DNA from: an uncultured Alphaproteobacteria bacterium
GTDB taxonomy: Bacteria > Pseudomonadota > Alphaproteobacteria > Rs-D84
Direction: 5' to 3'
Length of the DNA: 64,000 nucleotides
Assembly: GCA_944392595.1 (NCBI GenBank)
Contig: CALXXD010000004.1
Location: 33,040 to 97,039, forward strand
In this document: positions 1 through 10,592 of the stretch, one piece after another
How the letters are laid out: every line of letters begins with the position of its first letter
Position numbering within the stretch: the stretch's first letter is position 1
Position numbers and translations under genes: made by a program
The notes under the pieces: generated by a model
What the model saw: the letters and a program-made list of their open reading frames with translations, nothing else
The model's database searches: none
Told to the model about the DNA's origin: nothing

Positions 1-500
1 GTGGAACGACTGCCCCAACGGGACGACGTGTCGCGAATCGTAATTCTTTGCGGCCACAGTTCGCGCGGCGCGGTACGTACCATTTGTTTAACGGCCACCA
101 AAAATTCAGACCGAATAAAATCACGCACACGCCGCTCAAACATATCCGCCCCGCCCCCAACAACCAACGTTGCCGTTGCATCATCATGCACAATAAATTC
201 ATTCGCACGCCGCGATGGATCATGTTTTAACAAAACGCGCCGCCCCAAAAATTCAATTTCATCCCCCGGCCGCACAGTAATTTTCTGTGGCGCATTATCA
301 AAAATCCGTTCGCACCAATGACGCTTTTGTTCCAAAAATCGCAGCGCAGTTGATGTCGGTGTCATCCACGGTTTTGAAATATGAATTTCACGCGACGGGC
401 GCGTTTTCGGCCGCAGCGTAATATTGCGCAGTCCGCGTCGCGTTACGATAACGACGGGGATATGTTCGCCCGATGATAAAACAAATTCGTATTCAGACAT
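1..500 (-). CDS. YgjP/DUF45 (M48-like) metallopeptidase family protein, 3' end runs off window
   Basis: Manual translation from ATG at 500: MSEYEFVLSSGEHIPVVIVTRRGLRNITLRP...FLEQKRHW...ITIRDTSSRWGS. The RWGS motif and N-terminal pattern are typical of YgjP. Not in the ORF track because it has no stop in the window. Confidence 0.75.
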   Translation of the reverse strand, partial: MSEYEFVLSSGEHIPVVIVTRRGLRNITLRPKTRPSREIHISKPWMTPTSTALRFLEQKRHWCERIFDNAPQKITVRPGDEIEFLGRRVLLKHDPSRRANEFIVHDDATATLVVGGGADMFERRVRDFIRSEFLVAVKQMVRTAPRELWPQRITIRDTSSRWGSRS

Positions 501-509
501 AATATGATT

Positions 510-2294
510 TTATTTTACTTTTTTCAAAATATCGCGCGTAATTGCGTCTGAGTCAAATCCAAAATGCGCATACACATCGTGCCCATCACCCGACACACCA
601 AACGAATCGATACCAACAACCGCATCTGCAAATTCGAACCAAGGCGCGGATGCCGCGGCCTCGATTGCGACAACAAACCCGGCCAATATTTTATCTTTAT
701 ACTTTTTGTCTTGGCGTCTGAAATCCGCAACAGACGGCATACTGACCACCTGGACCGCATCACCCAATTTTTTTGCAACATCCACGGCCAAGGGTACCTC
801 GGTCCCGGTTGCGATAATCGTCACACGCACGCGATGCGCGGTTGCAGAATGAACTATATACGCCCCGCGGGATAAATCCGCATTCGATGGCGTTTCAATT
901 TGATTAAATTTTTGGCGCGATAACACAATTGCGCTGGGGTGATGAACATCTGCAATGGCGGATTCCCATGCGTGTGCAACCTCGGCCCCGTTGCATGGGC
1001 GATATACATTCAAATTCGGAATTAACCGCAGTGAAGGCAATTGCTCAATCGGCTGATGCGTTGGGCCATCCGCACCAACGGCAATACTGTCGTGCGTAAA
1101 TACATAAATCGCAGGTAACCCGGACATCGCCGCCAACCGCACAGCCGGACGCATATAATCACTGAACACCAAAAAAGTCGAACCATACACGCGCACACCA
1201 CCCGCCAACATACCGTTCATTATCGCGCCCATGGCATGTTCGCGCACACCAAAGTTTATATAATTTCCGCGAAAATCAGGCGCCACAATATCCACAGACG
1301 ATTTTGTTTTTACATTTGTACTGTGTCCTAAATCCGCACTGGCACCGATTAAATCAGCCCCCGCCGCACGCAAAGATTCCAAATACACGCCCGATAATTC
1401 ACGCGTGGATGCCACATCCCCCAAATCAGGCACAGGGATTTTATTCGTTTTTATTTTTGAAAACTTTGGCGAATATTTTTCATGCTTTTCATCCGCGATT
1501 GTTGCCCACAAATCATCGCCATCGTATGATATATTACGCCCAACCAACCGCATCATTTCTGCATCAGACAAATCCAACCCGTGCGCCGCAGACATCCCGG
1601 CCAAACTGGAATCACGGCCAATAATTGTTTTTGCATCAACAAACGTCGGCGCGCCCCGTCCCGTAACACCACGCAAAGCGCGATTCAAATCTGCAAAATT
1701 ATTTCCATCAACATACTTAACATTCCACCCGGCCGCCGCCATCCGCCCAGGCATATCAACATCAACCAACGCCGCGCCATCAATGGTTACGCCGTTATCA
1801 TCCCAAATCAAAACCAGATTATCCAAATCATACCGTCCCGCGAATGCGATTGCCTCGGCTGCGACGCCTTCGCTTAAATCACCATCCCCGCACAGACAAT
1901 ACACAACGCCATCAGAACCACGGATTTTTTCAGCCAATGCCAACCCGACCGCGTTCCCAACACCCTGCCCCAACGGACCTGTTGTGGCAAAAACACCATC
2001 AATTCCGCATTCTGGATGTCCCGGCAAACCGCCAATTTTTCGAAAACTTTCCAAATCGCCGACATCATATCCCGCCAAACTTAGCACAGAATACAACAAC
2101 GCACTGCCATGCCCGGCGGACAAAACGAACCTGTCGCGGCCACGACGCAGAAAATTCGCATAAATCGTGGTGACAATATCCGCCGCCCCCAGCACGATTC
2201 CGACATGTCCAGACCCCGCATGACGCACGGCATCCAACGCATGCGCACGCACGGATTTAGACATTTCTTGTAATTGTTTGGCATCAAATCTCAT
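510..2294 (-). CDS. tkt: Transketolase (compact, 594 aa)
   Basis: SGH, RDRFVLSAGH, TTGPLGQG, GDG TPP-binding, FGVREHAM and THDSIAVGADGPTHQPIEQ motifs. Confidence 0.97.
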   Translation of the reverse strand: MRFDAKQLQEMSKSVRAHALDAVRHAGSGHVGIVLGAADIVTTIYANFLRRGRDRFVLSAGHGSALLYSVLSLAGYDVGDLESFRKIGGLPGHPECGIDGVFATTGPLGQGVGNAVGLALAEKIRGSDGVVYCLCGDGDLSEGVAAEAIAFAGRYDLDNLVLIWDDNGVTIDGAALVDVDMPGRMAAAGWNVKYVDGNNFADLNRALRGVTGRGAPTFVDAKTIIGRDSSLAGMSAAHGLDLSDAEMMRLVGRNISYDGDDLWATIADEKHEKYSPKFSKIKTNKIPVPDLGDVASTRELSGVYLESLRAAGADLIGASADLGHSTNVKTKSSVDIVAPDFRGNYINFGVREHAMGAIMNGMLAGGVRVYGSTFLVFSDYMRPAVRLAAMSGLPAIYVFTHDSIAVGADGPTHQPIEQLPSLRLIPNLNVYRPCNGAEVAHAWESAIADVHHPSAIVLSRQKFNQIETPSNADLSRGAYIVHSATAHRVRVTIIATGTEVPLAVDVAKKLGDAVQVVSMPSVADFRRQDKKYKDKILAGFVVAIEAAASAPWFEFADAVVGIDSFGVSGDGHDVYAHFGFDSDAITRDILKKVK

Positions 2295-2330
2295 TTTATG
2301 ATATTATATCACAAAACAAGGTTATAAGAA

Positions 2331-2759
2331 ATGTTAAAAATTTGGACAGACGGCAGTTGTTTGGGTAACCCCGGCCCCGGCGGATGGGCGTTTATTGCGA
2401 CCGACGGCAAGAACGTTGCGGAAAGAAGTGGCGGTGAAAAAGACACTACGAACAACCGCATGGAATTGACGGCAGTAATAAGGGCATTGACGGCTGCAAA
2501 GAAACACGATGAATTAGAGCTTCACACAGACAGCCAATATGTAAAGAACGGCATGGAAAAATGGGTTCAGCAGTGGAAGAACAACAACTGGAAGAACGCG
2601 GAAAGGAAGCCTGTAAAGAATAAAGAGCTTTGGCAGCAGCTAGACCAGCTTGCGCAGACGAAGCGCATAAAATGGGTATGGGTAAAGGGTCACGCAGGTC
2701 ATGACATGAACGAAAGGTGCGACACGCTTGCCCGAACCGCCGCAGAAGAAATAAAATAA
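2331..2759 (+). CDS. rnhA: Ribonuclease HI
   Basis: TDGSCLGNPGPGGW, TTNNRMEL, TDSQY and WVKGHAGH..NERCD motifs. Confidence 0.98.
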   Translation: MLKIWTDGSCLGNPGPGGWAFIATDGKNVAERSGGEKDTTNNRMELTAVIRALTAAKKHDELELHTDSQYVKNGMEKWVQQWKNNNWKNAERKPVKNKELWQQLDQLAQTKRIKWVWVKGHAGHDMNERCDTLARTAAEEIK

Positions 2760-2785
2760 AAATCCGCAGGAATGCGGATTTTTTT
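2758..2785. terminator. Bidirectional intrinsic terminator
   Basis: aaaaatccgca-ggaa-tgcggattttttt between convergent genes. Confidence 0.8.
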
Positions 2786-2827
2786 GTGCGGATGCACTTT
2801 TCGGACGGGGTCTGTTTTCAAATCAGA

Positions 2828-5140
2828 TTATTTCCATGCAGTTGGTATAGAACTGTAATCTTCTAACCCCGTCGCACCATAATACATATCACCAACATGA
2901 CCTCTGGTTGCGCCGGTAAAGAAGTCATATAAATATGTTCCATCGGGCATTCTGGCAGAAGGACCAGTTAACCCAGAACAATTATAAAATGTGTTTCTAA
3001 ACATATAACCTTTTGGACTGTTTGTTAAATTACCAAATAAACCAAGTGGTATTTCACCAGTTAAGCCCGAACAACGATAAAATGTGCCGGAAAACATCAT
3101 TTGTGCCGGTGCGCCGGATATATTTCCAAATAAGTTTTCTGGAATAGAACCGGTCAGCCCCGAACAACCAGAAAATGTGTATTTAAACATATCACTTGCG
3201 GGTGCGCCGGATATCCCCGCAAATAAGTTTTCTGGAATATTGCCCGAAAGGTTAGAACAACCATAAAATGTGCTGTCAAACATAGAACTTGCAGGTGCGC
3301 CGGATATCCCCGCAAATAAGTTTTCTGGAATATTGCCCGAAAGGTTAGAACAACCTTCAAATGTGCTTTGAAACATACAAGTTGCAGGTTTTCCGGATAT
3401 CCCCGCAAATAAGTTTTCTGGAATAGAACCAGTCAAACCCGAACAACCAGAAAATGTGCTGGAAAACATAGAAGTTGCAGGTGCGCCGGATATACCCGCA
3501 AATAAGGTTTCTGGAATGGTGCCTGTCAGCCCCCTACAACCATAAAATGTTCTGAAAAACATAGCACTTGCAGGTAGCCCGGATATATTTCCAAATAAGT
3601 TTTCTGGAATAGAACCAGTCAAACCCGAACAACCAGAAAATGTGCTGGAAAACATAGAAGTTGCAGGTGCGCCGGATATACCCGCAAATAAGTTTTCTGG
3701 AATAGAACCCGTAAGCCCCGAACAACCAGAAAATGTGTTGTAAAACATAGAACTTGCAGGTGTGCCGGATATATTTCCAAATAAGTTTTCTGGAATGGTG
3801 CCTGTCAGCCCCGAACAACCATTAAATGTGTCTTGAAACATATAATCTGCCGGTGCGCCGGATATCCCCGCAAATAAAGGTCCGCCGATACCAGTTAAGC
3901 CCGAACAACCTTCAAATGTGCTTCTAAACATAGAACTTGCAGGTGTGCCGGATATATTTCCAAATAAGTTTTCTGGAATGGTGCCTGTCAGCCCCGAACA
4001 ACCATTAAATGTGTCTTGAAACATATAACCTGCCGGTGTGCCGGATATACCCGCAAATAAGTTTTCTGGAATAGAACCAGTCAAACCCGAACAACCAGAA
4101 AATGTGCTGGAAAACATAGAAGTTGCAGGTGCGCCGGATATCCCCGCAAATAAAGGTCCGCCGATACCAGTTAAGCCCGAACAACCATAAAATGTTCTGT
4201 AAAACATAGAAGTTGCAGGTGCGCCGGATATACCCGCAAATAAGTTTTCTGGAATAGAACCCGTAAGCCCCGAACAACCAGAAAATGTGTTGTAAAACAT
4301 AGAACTTGCAGGTGTGCCGGATATATTTCCAAATAAGTTTTCTGGAATGGTGCCTGTCAGCCCCGAACAACCATTAAATGTGTCTTGAAACATATAATCT
4401 GCCGGTGCGCCGGATATCCCCGCAAATAAGTCTGCAGGGATTTCACCGGTTAAATTACTGTTGTTATAAAAAGTCCGACAAAATCTTGGCTGTGTGCCGT
4501 CGGCAAGCGTTCCGAATATCGCCCCAAGACTGCCCGATATACCGGCTGTATTTATATTACTGTTGAAACTTATTGCGGCTGTTGATGTGCTGGTATTATA
4601 TGCAGTTGCTTTGCCACCAATACCAATAGTATATTCACCTGCACTGTCATAAGTATGCCTGTATATCGTGCTTGTAGTATTTGTTTTGTTTATATTATCA
4701 ACAGTTCCGTCACCCCAATTTATAGAAAAACTGCCCGCTGCGCTTATATAAAACTCAAAACTACTTGTATTCCCCGCAGTTGTAACATAAAACATCGGCT
4801 TGTATGTTATTAACCTGTTTACCGCGTCACCTGCTGCAATTATATCTACGGCTTGTTTCGTCGCGTATACTGGGTCTGTCCCGTATGATGTCAAAGGCTC
4901 TTCATTTAATAAATTATTCGCCCTGTCCACCACCGTCAGTAAATATTCCATATTAGCAACCAGTTTTGCGTTTTCTGGATAATAAGGGACTTCTATCCCC
5001 CATCGCTGATTTACTAACTTATGAATGTATTCAACGTTCGCAACTTGCGCAGATTGCGCCGGATTTATGCTTGCACCACAAAATAGAAAAAATATACCCA
5101 GTATTAAGCTTTTTAATATTCTCATTTCTCTTTCCTGCAA
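2828..5140 (-). CDS. Secreted/surface leucine-rich repeat protein (BspA/DUF285-like LRR) with a PKD-like domain
   Basis: Signal peptide; INWGDG...HTY..AGEYTI PKD-like motif; about 17 tandem 30-31 aa repeats of MFxxTFxGCSGLTGxIPENLFxxISGxPAxx. Confidence 0.8.
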   Translation of the reverse strand: MQEREMRILKSLILGIFFLFCGASINPAQSAQVANVEYIHKLVNQRWGIEVPYYPENAKLVANMEYLLTVVDRANNLLNEEPLTSYGTDPVYATKQAVDIIAAGDAVNRLITYKPMFYVTTAGNTSSFEFYISAAGSFSINWGDGTVDNINKTNTTSTIYRHTYDSAGEYTIGIGGKATAYNTSTSTAAISFNSNINTAGISGSLGAIFGTLADGTQPRFCRTFYNNSNLTGEIPADLFAGISGAPADYMFQDTFNGCSGLTGTIPENLFGNISGTPASSMFYNTFSGCSGLTGSIPENLFAGISGAPATSMFYRTFYGCSGLTGIGGPLFAGISGAPATSMFSSTFSGCSGLTGSIPENLFAGISGTPAGYMFQDTFNGCSGLTGTIPENLFGNISGTPASSMFRSTFEGCSGLTGIGGPLFAGISGAPADYMFQDTFNGCSGLTGTIPENLFGNISGTPASSMFYNTFSGCSGLTGSIPENLFAGISGAPATSMFSSTFSGCSGLTGSIPENLFGNISGLPASAMFFRTFYGCRGLTGTIPETLFAGISGAPATSMFSSTFSGCSGLTGSIPENLFAGISGKPATCMFQSTFEGCSNLSGNIPENLFAGISGAPASSMFDSTFYGCSNLSGNIPENLFAGISGAPASDMFKYTFSGCSGLTGSIPENLFGNISGAPAQMMFSGTFYRCSGLTGEIPLGLFGNLTNSPKGYMFRNTFYNCSGLTGPSARMPDGTYLYDFFTGATRGHVGDMYYGATGLEDYSSIPTAWK
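2960..4485 (-). repeat. Intragenic tandem repeat array (93/90 bp units, about 17 copies)
   Basis: Near-identical DNA units, e.g. ataagttttctggaat...gccccgaacaacc, recur with a period of about 93 bp. Confidence 0.95.
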
Positions 5141-5251
5141 TAAATAACAATACTTATTACTTAACTGTAATATATTTCAACTTTTCCTTGCAAGAAAAAA
5201 CTTCAAAATATGAAAAACGAATCGCCGACTAGATTTATTTAAACGACTTTA

Positions 5252-5638
5252 TTACGACGCTGGTAAAGTCGGCGTATTAACAGATAATGTCCCAGCAACA
5301 GTATAAGTCCCACTTAACGTCTGATTCGTTCCAGCCGTTATATCAACCTTGTTTGCCAATGCGTTCTTTACAGCCAATGCACTGGGATACTTCGTGTTAT
5401 CCTCCAATTCCCCGTCAAAGTTATCTACTTTATTAGCAATATCTTCTTTACCAGTGACAGCGTCTGCGATTTTCCCAGCCAAATCAGCCGTATTAACTTT
5501 AGCCGCCAAACCATCATCCACATATGCCTTGGACGCAATATATACCTTGGACGCAGTATCTGCAATGGCAGATTTTAACGGTGTCAAAAAGCAAAAAATA
5601 CTAAATGACACTATCAAAAAATGTAACTTTTTTAACAT
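5252..5638 (-). CDS. Small secreted protein with fibre/adhesin-like motifs
   Basis: Signal peptide; ASKAYVD and GKEDIANKV...TKYPSALAVK motifs resemble trimeric fibre stalk repeats. Confidence 0.6.
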   Translation of the reverse strand: MLKKLHFLIVSFSIFCFLTPLKSAIADTASKVYIASKAYVDDGLAAKVNTADLAGKIADAVTGKEDIANKVDNFDGELEDNTKYPSALAVKNALANKVDITAGTNQTLSGTYTVAGTLSVNTPTLPAS

Positions 5639-5763
5639 TTCTCTCTCTAACCATTTTTAATACAATGGTAATTTTAATACAATGGTAATTGTATCATATT
5701 TTAGATTTATATACAAGCCATAAAAACATCAAAATATTATCCCTTAAAACCAAGGCTAAAAAA

Positions 5764-5860
5764 ATGTTAAAAATTTGGACAGACGGCAGTTGTTTGGGTA
5801 ACCCCGGTCAAAAAACGCTGTGACGAATTGGCACGCACCGCTGCCGAAAAGATGAAATAA
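5764..5860 (+). pseudogene. rnhA: Internally deleted, frameshifted rnhA remnant
   Basis: 5762-5807 is identical to 2329-2374 (MLKIWTDGSCLGNPG). It is joined out of frame to KRCDELARTAAEKMK*, homologous to the rnhA C-terminus ERCDTLARTAAEEIK*. Confidence 0.9.
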
Positions 5861-5886
5861 AAAATCGCCGAAAAAAAATCGCCGAT

Positions 5887-6108
5887 TTATTTTTTACGAT
5901 TTGAACGCAACTTGTCTGTATAAACCATGCCCATACCAATCAGCATCCAATATACAACAATACTACATTGCCCCCAGCTGTTATCAAACAAATAACCGCC
6001 GTCTATTAAATACGATGTTACATCCATTCCAACGCTCAAAAGCGCAATTAACACACCCCACAATATCCAAAATAAAACTTTCTTTTGCTTATTATTTAAT
6101 TTTTTCAT
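5887..6108 (-). CDS. Small two-TM membrane protein
   Basis: 73 aa with two hydrophobic segments; ATGA overlap with the rlmE stop; GGAGG SD. Confidence 0.7.
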   Translation of the reverse strand: MKKLNNKQKKVLFWILWGVLIALLSVGMDVTSYLIDGGYLFDNSWGQCSIVVYWMLIGMGMVYTDKLRSNRKK

Positions 6109-6773
6109 CCGTTTCCTCCTTTGAATCCCAACGCAACGATGAACATTTCAACACTGTCCTTGCGCGATGCAGGCGGTTTAATATGATGCACCGATTCGAA
6201 TTTTTCGCGAATTTGTTTTAATAATTCATTTGTTGTGCCACCTGTAAAAGACTTTGCGACAAACACACCCCCGGGCTTTAACGCACGACACGCAAAATCA
6301 AAAGCATATTCCAATAGCACCATTTGCCGAATATGATCGGTTTTTTTATGTCCAACTGTATTTGGCGCCATATCAGACAGCACAACATCCACAGTCCCAT
6401 GCGTTGCACCATCGGTCGGCAAATTTAATTTTTGCACCAACCAATCCAGCGCAGCATCCGACGTAAAATCACCCTGGTAAAATTCAACCCCCGGGATTGG
6501 TGTTATTTCCAACAAATCCATGGCGAACACACGCGACCGCGGAAACGCACGCATAACATATTGCGACCAAGACCCCGGCGCAGCCCCCAAATCCACCACA
6601 ACCTGGCCATTTTTCAGGAATTTATATTTTTCATTTATTTCAATCAACTTATATGCGGCACGTGCGCGATAACCATCACGATGTGCGCGCGCAACGTACG
6701 GGTCAGCCGCCTGGCGTTGAATCCATGCAGCCGATGATTTTTTCGATGCGATTTTCTTGTTCAGAATTTTCAT
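6105..6773 (-). CDS. rlmE: 23S rRNA Um2552 methyltransferase RlmE/FtsJ
   Basis: GYRARAAYKL, VVDLGAAPGSWSQ, VLSDMAPN and KPPASRKDSVE motifs. Confidence 0.96.
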   Translation of the reverse strand: MKILNKKIASKKSSAAWIQRQAADPYVARAHRDGYRARAAYKLIEINEKYKFLKNGQVVVDLGAAPGSWSQYVMRAFPRSRVFAMDLLEITPIPGVEFYQGDFTSDAALDWLVQKLNLPTDGATHGTVDVVLSDMAPNTVGHKKTDHIRQMVLLEYAFDFACRALKPGGVFVAKSFTGGTTNELLKQIREKFESVHHIKPPASRKDSVEMFIVALGFKGGNG

Positions 6774-6785
6774 CGCCCCGCCCCA

Positions 6786-7055
6786 TTAACGTTGATTGCG
6801 ATTGACACTGATTTGATTGCGCGTTTTTCTGTATAACTTAATAGCCGACGCCAAAGCCGCCCGCCCACGACGTTCTGCGTCAAACGCATCACGCGTTCTG
6901 AAAAACACTTTACGTGTTCCATGATACAGATACTCTATATCAACAACATACCCCAACAAGAACCGCTGTCCCCCTTCGATTAAAGGCTTTCTGAAACGCG
7001 GATACGGCACTTTAACAGAAACCGGCGTCCAATCAAATAATTTTAACCAATTCAT
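6786..7055 (-). CDS. Hypothetical protein (basic C-terminus ...RNQR)
   Basis: 89 aa ORF directly abutting the upstream gene, co-oriented in an operon. Confidence 0.65.
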   Translation of the reverse strand: MNWLKLFDWTPVSVKVPYPRFRKPLIEGGQRFLLGYVVDIEYLYHGTRKVFFRTRDAFDAERRGRAALASAIKLYRKTRNQISVNRNQR

Positions 7056-7601
7056 TTACTGTCCATTTTTATTCGGAACACCCCCAGGCTGCTGCTGACG
7101 CATTTTTTCCATCACAGCCTCCATCCCGCCCATACGTTGCACCATGGCCATTTGCTGGCGCATTTTTGCATGCTGTTTGATAATATGTTCGACATCACGC
7201 ACAGTACAACCAGCCGTTTCAGCAATCCGCGTCTTTGCATTTGCAAAAATCTTATCAGGTTCCGCACGTTCAGCGGGTGTCATCGCTTCCAATATTTTTA
7301 TTTGTGCATCAACACTGCCGTCTTTGATTTTTTCTTTCATCGCAGCCACAGCACCCGACATCCCAGGCACCATTTTTAACAATCCGCTGAAATTGCTCAT
7401 CTTTTTAATTTGTTTCAATTGCATCAGCATATCATTCAAATCGAATTGCCCGTTCATCATACGCTGGGCAGATTCTTTCATACCACTGGGCATTTTTTCT
7501 TCCAGTTTTTTTAATTCTTTTTCATCGATTTGTGCATTCGCATTATCAGCGGCAACCGTATCAACAACTTTTTTATCTTTTTTCTTGCCAAATCCAAACA
7601 T
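7056..7601 (-). CDS. Stand-alone SRP54/Ffh M-domain (signal-peptide-binding) protein with no NG GTPase
   Basis: GQFDLNDMLMQLKQIKKM..LLKMVPGM...AMTPAERAEP...RIA...G..V.DV..IIKQ...Met-rich tail aligns with the Ffh M domain; it has its own SD (AAGGAG) and ATG. Confidence 0.85.
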   Translation of the reverse strand: MFGFGKKKDKKVVDTVAADNANAQIDEKELKKLEEKMPSGMKESAQRMMNGQFDLNDMLMQLKQIKKMSNFSGLLKMVPGMSGAVAAMKEKIKDGSVDAQIKILEAMTPAERAEPDKIFANAKTRIAETAGCTVRDVEHIIKQHAKMRQQMAMVQRMGGMEAVMEKMRQQQPGGVPNKNGQ

Positions 7602-7633
7602 AATATTTCTCCTTGGGTTTTATAAGATATACT

Positions 7634-10492
7634 TTATTTTTTCCGTGGCGCATTGTCCAGATACTTTTTCAAATATTTTCCAGTCAGTGATTCAGGATTT
7701 TCCGCCACCTGCTCTGGCGTACCGGTGGCAATAACGCGCCCGCCATTTGCACCACCACCGGGACCCAAATCAATAATCCAATCAGCGGTTTTAATTACTT
7801 CCAAATTATGCTCGATAACAATCACAGTATTGCCCGCATCGACCAATTCATGCAACACAGACAACAACAACTTAATATCTGCGAAATGCAGCCCCGTGGT
7901 TGGTTCATCCAAAATATAGATTGTTTGTCCCGTACTGCGTGCCGCCAATTCTTTGGATAATTTAATACGTTGGGCTTCGCCGCCCGATAAATCCAGCGAA
8001 CTTTGTCCCAATTTGATATAATCCAACCCGACACGCTTTAATAATTCCAACTTGCGTGCAATTTGCGGAACATTGCTGAAAAATCTGTATGCTTCTTCGA
8101 CCGTCATATTTAACACATCGGCAATCGATTTACCTTTGTATTTAACGGCCAAAGTTTCATCATTGTACCGCGCGCCATGGCATTTGTCACATTCGACATA
8201 TACATCAGCCAAGAAATTCATTTCGATTTTTATCTGGCCGTCACCTTGGCACGCTTCACATCGCCCACCTTTGACATTGAACGAAAAACGCCCCGGTCCA
8301 TATCCGCGCGCCTTGGCTTCGGGCAAACCTGCAAAAAAATCGCGAATATTTGAAAATACCCCTGTATAAGTGGCCGGATTGCTGCGTGGTGTGCGTCCAA
8401 TTGGCGATTGGTCTATATCAACAACTTTATCGACATATTCCATACCACGAATAATATCGTGCGCCCCCGTTTCCAATTTAGAATTATACAACGCGCGCAT
8501 CAGTGCGGGATACAACGTATCCAACAATAACGTCGATTTACCCGACCCCGACACACCCGTCAGCGCGACAAATTTTCCCAACGGGAAATCCACATTTATA
8601 TTTTTCAGATTATTTTCGCGCGCACCATTAATTGAAATCACGTGCCCATTTCCATCGCGACGCTTTTTGGGAACTTCTATTTTCCGCTTGCCAGATAAAT
8701 ATTGCCCCGTCAAAGAATCTTTATTTTTAATAACCGCATCCGGCGTACCTGCTGCGACAACACGCCCGCCATTTATACCCGCGCCCGGTCCAATATCCAC
8801 CAAGAAATCAGCCGCCCGCATGGCATCTTCGTCATGTTCGACCACAACGACAGTGTTGTCTTTGTCGCGCAGCATTTTCAGCGTATCCAACAATTTATCA
8901 TTATCGCTTTGATGCAACCCGATGGACGGTTCATCCAAAACATATAACACACCGGACAGACCACTGCCGATTTGCGACGCCAAACGAATACGCTGCGCTT
9001 CGCCCCCAGACAAAGTCCCCGACATACGTGACAAAGTCAAATATCCCAATCCAACATTTTGTAAAAATTGCAGACGACTGGTAATTTCACGCAAAATGAC
9101 ACGCGCAATATCATTTTCTTTTTGAGTTAAATGATTTGGCAAATCAGAAAACCATTTCAGCGATTGATCCACCGCCATATCGCACGCATCCATAATATCC
9201 AACCCATAAATTTTCACACACAACGCCTGGATATTTAATCGTTTGCCGTGACACATCGGGCATGGCGTCTCGGATTGGTACTTTGCCAATTCGCTGCGCA
9301 CAGCCTCGGAATCCGATTCGCGCCAACGGCGTTCGATATTTGGGATAACGCCTTCGTAAGGCTTTTCATAAACAAATCCATTCCAGTTTATTTTAATGGG
9401 TTCATCACCACTGCCGTACAGTATAATATCTTTCTGTTGCTGGGTTAATGTATGCCAAGGCTTTGACAGCGGGATTTTATATTTTTTATGTAACGCATCC
9501 AACAAATGGTCAAATTGGCTTAACATCCCCCCGCGCGACCAAGGCGCAATCGCCCCATCCAGAATAGATTTCGATGGGTCTGGTATCACCAAATCAGGCG
9601 ACATATTTAATTGCACACCCAACCCATCGCACGCCGGACACGCCCCCATTGGCGCATTAAAAGAAAATAATCGCGGCTCAATTTTTGGAACAGTAAAACC
9701 ACTGACGGGACACGCATAATTTTGCGAATATAAAACATCTTCGTTCGTATCCAAACGTCGCACCAACACAGACCCCGGCACCAAACGTAACGAACCTTCA
9801 AAAGACGCATACATACGCGACCGAAATTCATCAACATCCACATCCGCCGCACCCGCGGCCGGCATCTGCAACCTATCCACAATTACAAATATTGTGTGCT
9901 TTTTATTTTTATCCAACGGCGGTACAGCCGATAAATCGTGTAATTCACCATCGATTATCGCACGCTGATAACCCTGCTTTACCAAAAAAGCGATTTCCTT
10001 TTTATATTCGCCTTTGCGTTCGCGCACCAGTGGCGCCATGATAAAGATTTTTACCCCGGCCGGTATTTTCATGGTCCAATCGACCATCTCAGGTATAGTT
10101 TGCGATTTAATCGGCAACCCAGTTACCGGCGAATGCGGCACACCAATACGCGCCCACAACAAACGCAGATAATCATAAATTTCGGTAACCGTCCCAACGG
10201 TCGAACGCGGATTTTTCGATGTAGTTTTTTGTTCAATGGAAATCGCGGGTGACAGACCCTCGATTAAATCAACATCAGGCTTTTTCTGCATATCCAAAAA
10301 CTGACGCGCGTACGCAGACAGCGATTCGACATATCTGCGCTGGCCTTCGGCATAAATGGTATTAAACGCCAGCGACGATTTGCCCGAACCGGACACGCCT
10401 GTAAAGACCACCAATTTATTTTTTGGTATGTCCAAATCAATATCTTTAAGATTATTTTCGCGGGCCCCGCGAATTTTTATAAATCCACCCAT
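7634..10492 (-). CDS. uvrA: Excinuclease ABC subunit A
   Basis: Two ABC ATPase cassettes ([17 protein letters not shown]), zinc fingers and [16 protein letters not shown]. Confidence 0.99.
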   Translation of the reverse strand: MGGFIKIRGARENNLKDIDLDIPKNKLVVFTGVSGSGKSSLAFNTIYAEGQRRYVESLSAYARQFLDMQKKPDVDLIEGLSPAISIEQKTTSKNPRSTVGTVTEIYDYLRLLWARIGVPHSPVTGLPIKSQTIPEMVDWTMKIPAGVKIFIMAPLVRERKGEYKKEIAFLVKQGYQRAIIDGELHDLSAVPPLDKNKKHTIFVIVDRLQMPAAGAADVDVDEFRSRMYASFEGSLRLVPGSVLVRRLDTNEDVLYSQNYACPVSGFTVPKIEPRLFSFNAPMGACPACDGLGVQLNMSPDLVIPDPSKSILDGAIAPWSRGGMLSQFDHLLDALHKKYKIPLSKPWHTLTQQQKDIILYGSGDEPIKINWNGFVYEKPYEGVIPNIERRWRESDSEAVRSELAKYQSETPCPMCHGKRLNIQALCVKIYGLDIMDACDMAVDQSLKWFSDLPNHLTQKENDIARVILREITSRLQFLQNVGLGYLTLSRMSGTLSGGEAQRIRLASQIGSGLSGVLYVLDEPSIGLHQSDNDKLLDTLKMLRDKDNTVVVVEHDEDAMRAADFLVDIGPGAGINGGRVVAAGTPDAVIKNKDSLTGQYLSGKRKIEVPKKRRDGNGHVISINGARENNLKNINVDFPLGKFVALTGVSGSGKSTLLLDTLYPALMRALYNSKLETGAHDIIRGMEYVDKVVDIDQSPIGRTPRSNPATYTGVFSNIRDFFAGLPEAKARGYGPGRFSFNVKGGRCEACQGDGQIKIEMNFLADVYVECDKCHGARYNDETLAVKYKGKSIADVLNMTVEEAYRFFSNVPQIARKLELLKRVGLDYIKLGQSSLDLSGGEAQRIKLSKELAARSTGQTIYILDEPTTGLHFADIKLLLSVLHELVDAGNTVIVIEHNLEVIKTADWIIDLGPGGGANGGRVIATGTPEQVAENPESLTGKYLKKYLDNAPRKK

Positions 10493-10592
10493 AGCACGAA
10501 TAAATATAGAAAAAATATATAAAATTACAATATCAAAAGCAAAAAAAAGTTACCCGAATTGACACCCGGGTAACAATTTCACAATCAACGAT

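Noticed and set aside
2960-4485. CRISPR array or DGR template/variable pair in the 93-bp repeats
   Set aside because: The repeats are in-frame coding LRR units, and differences are not confined to adenines
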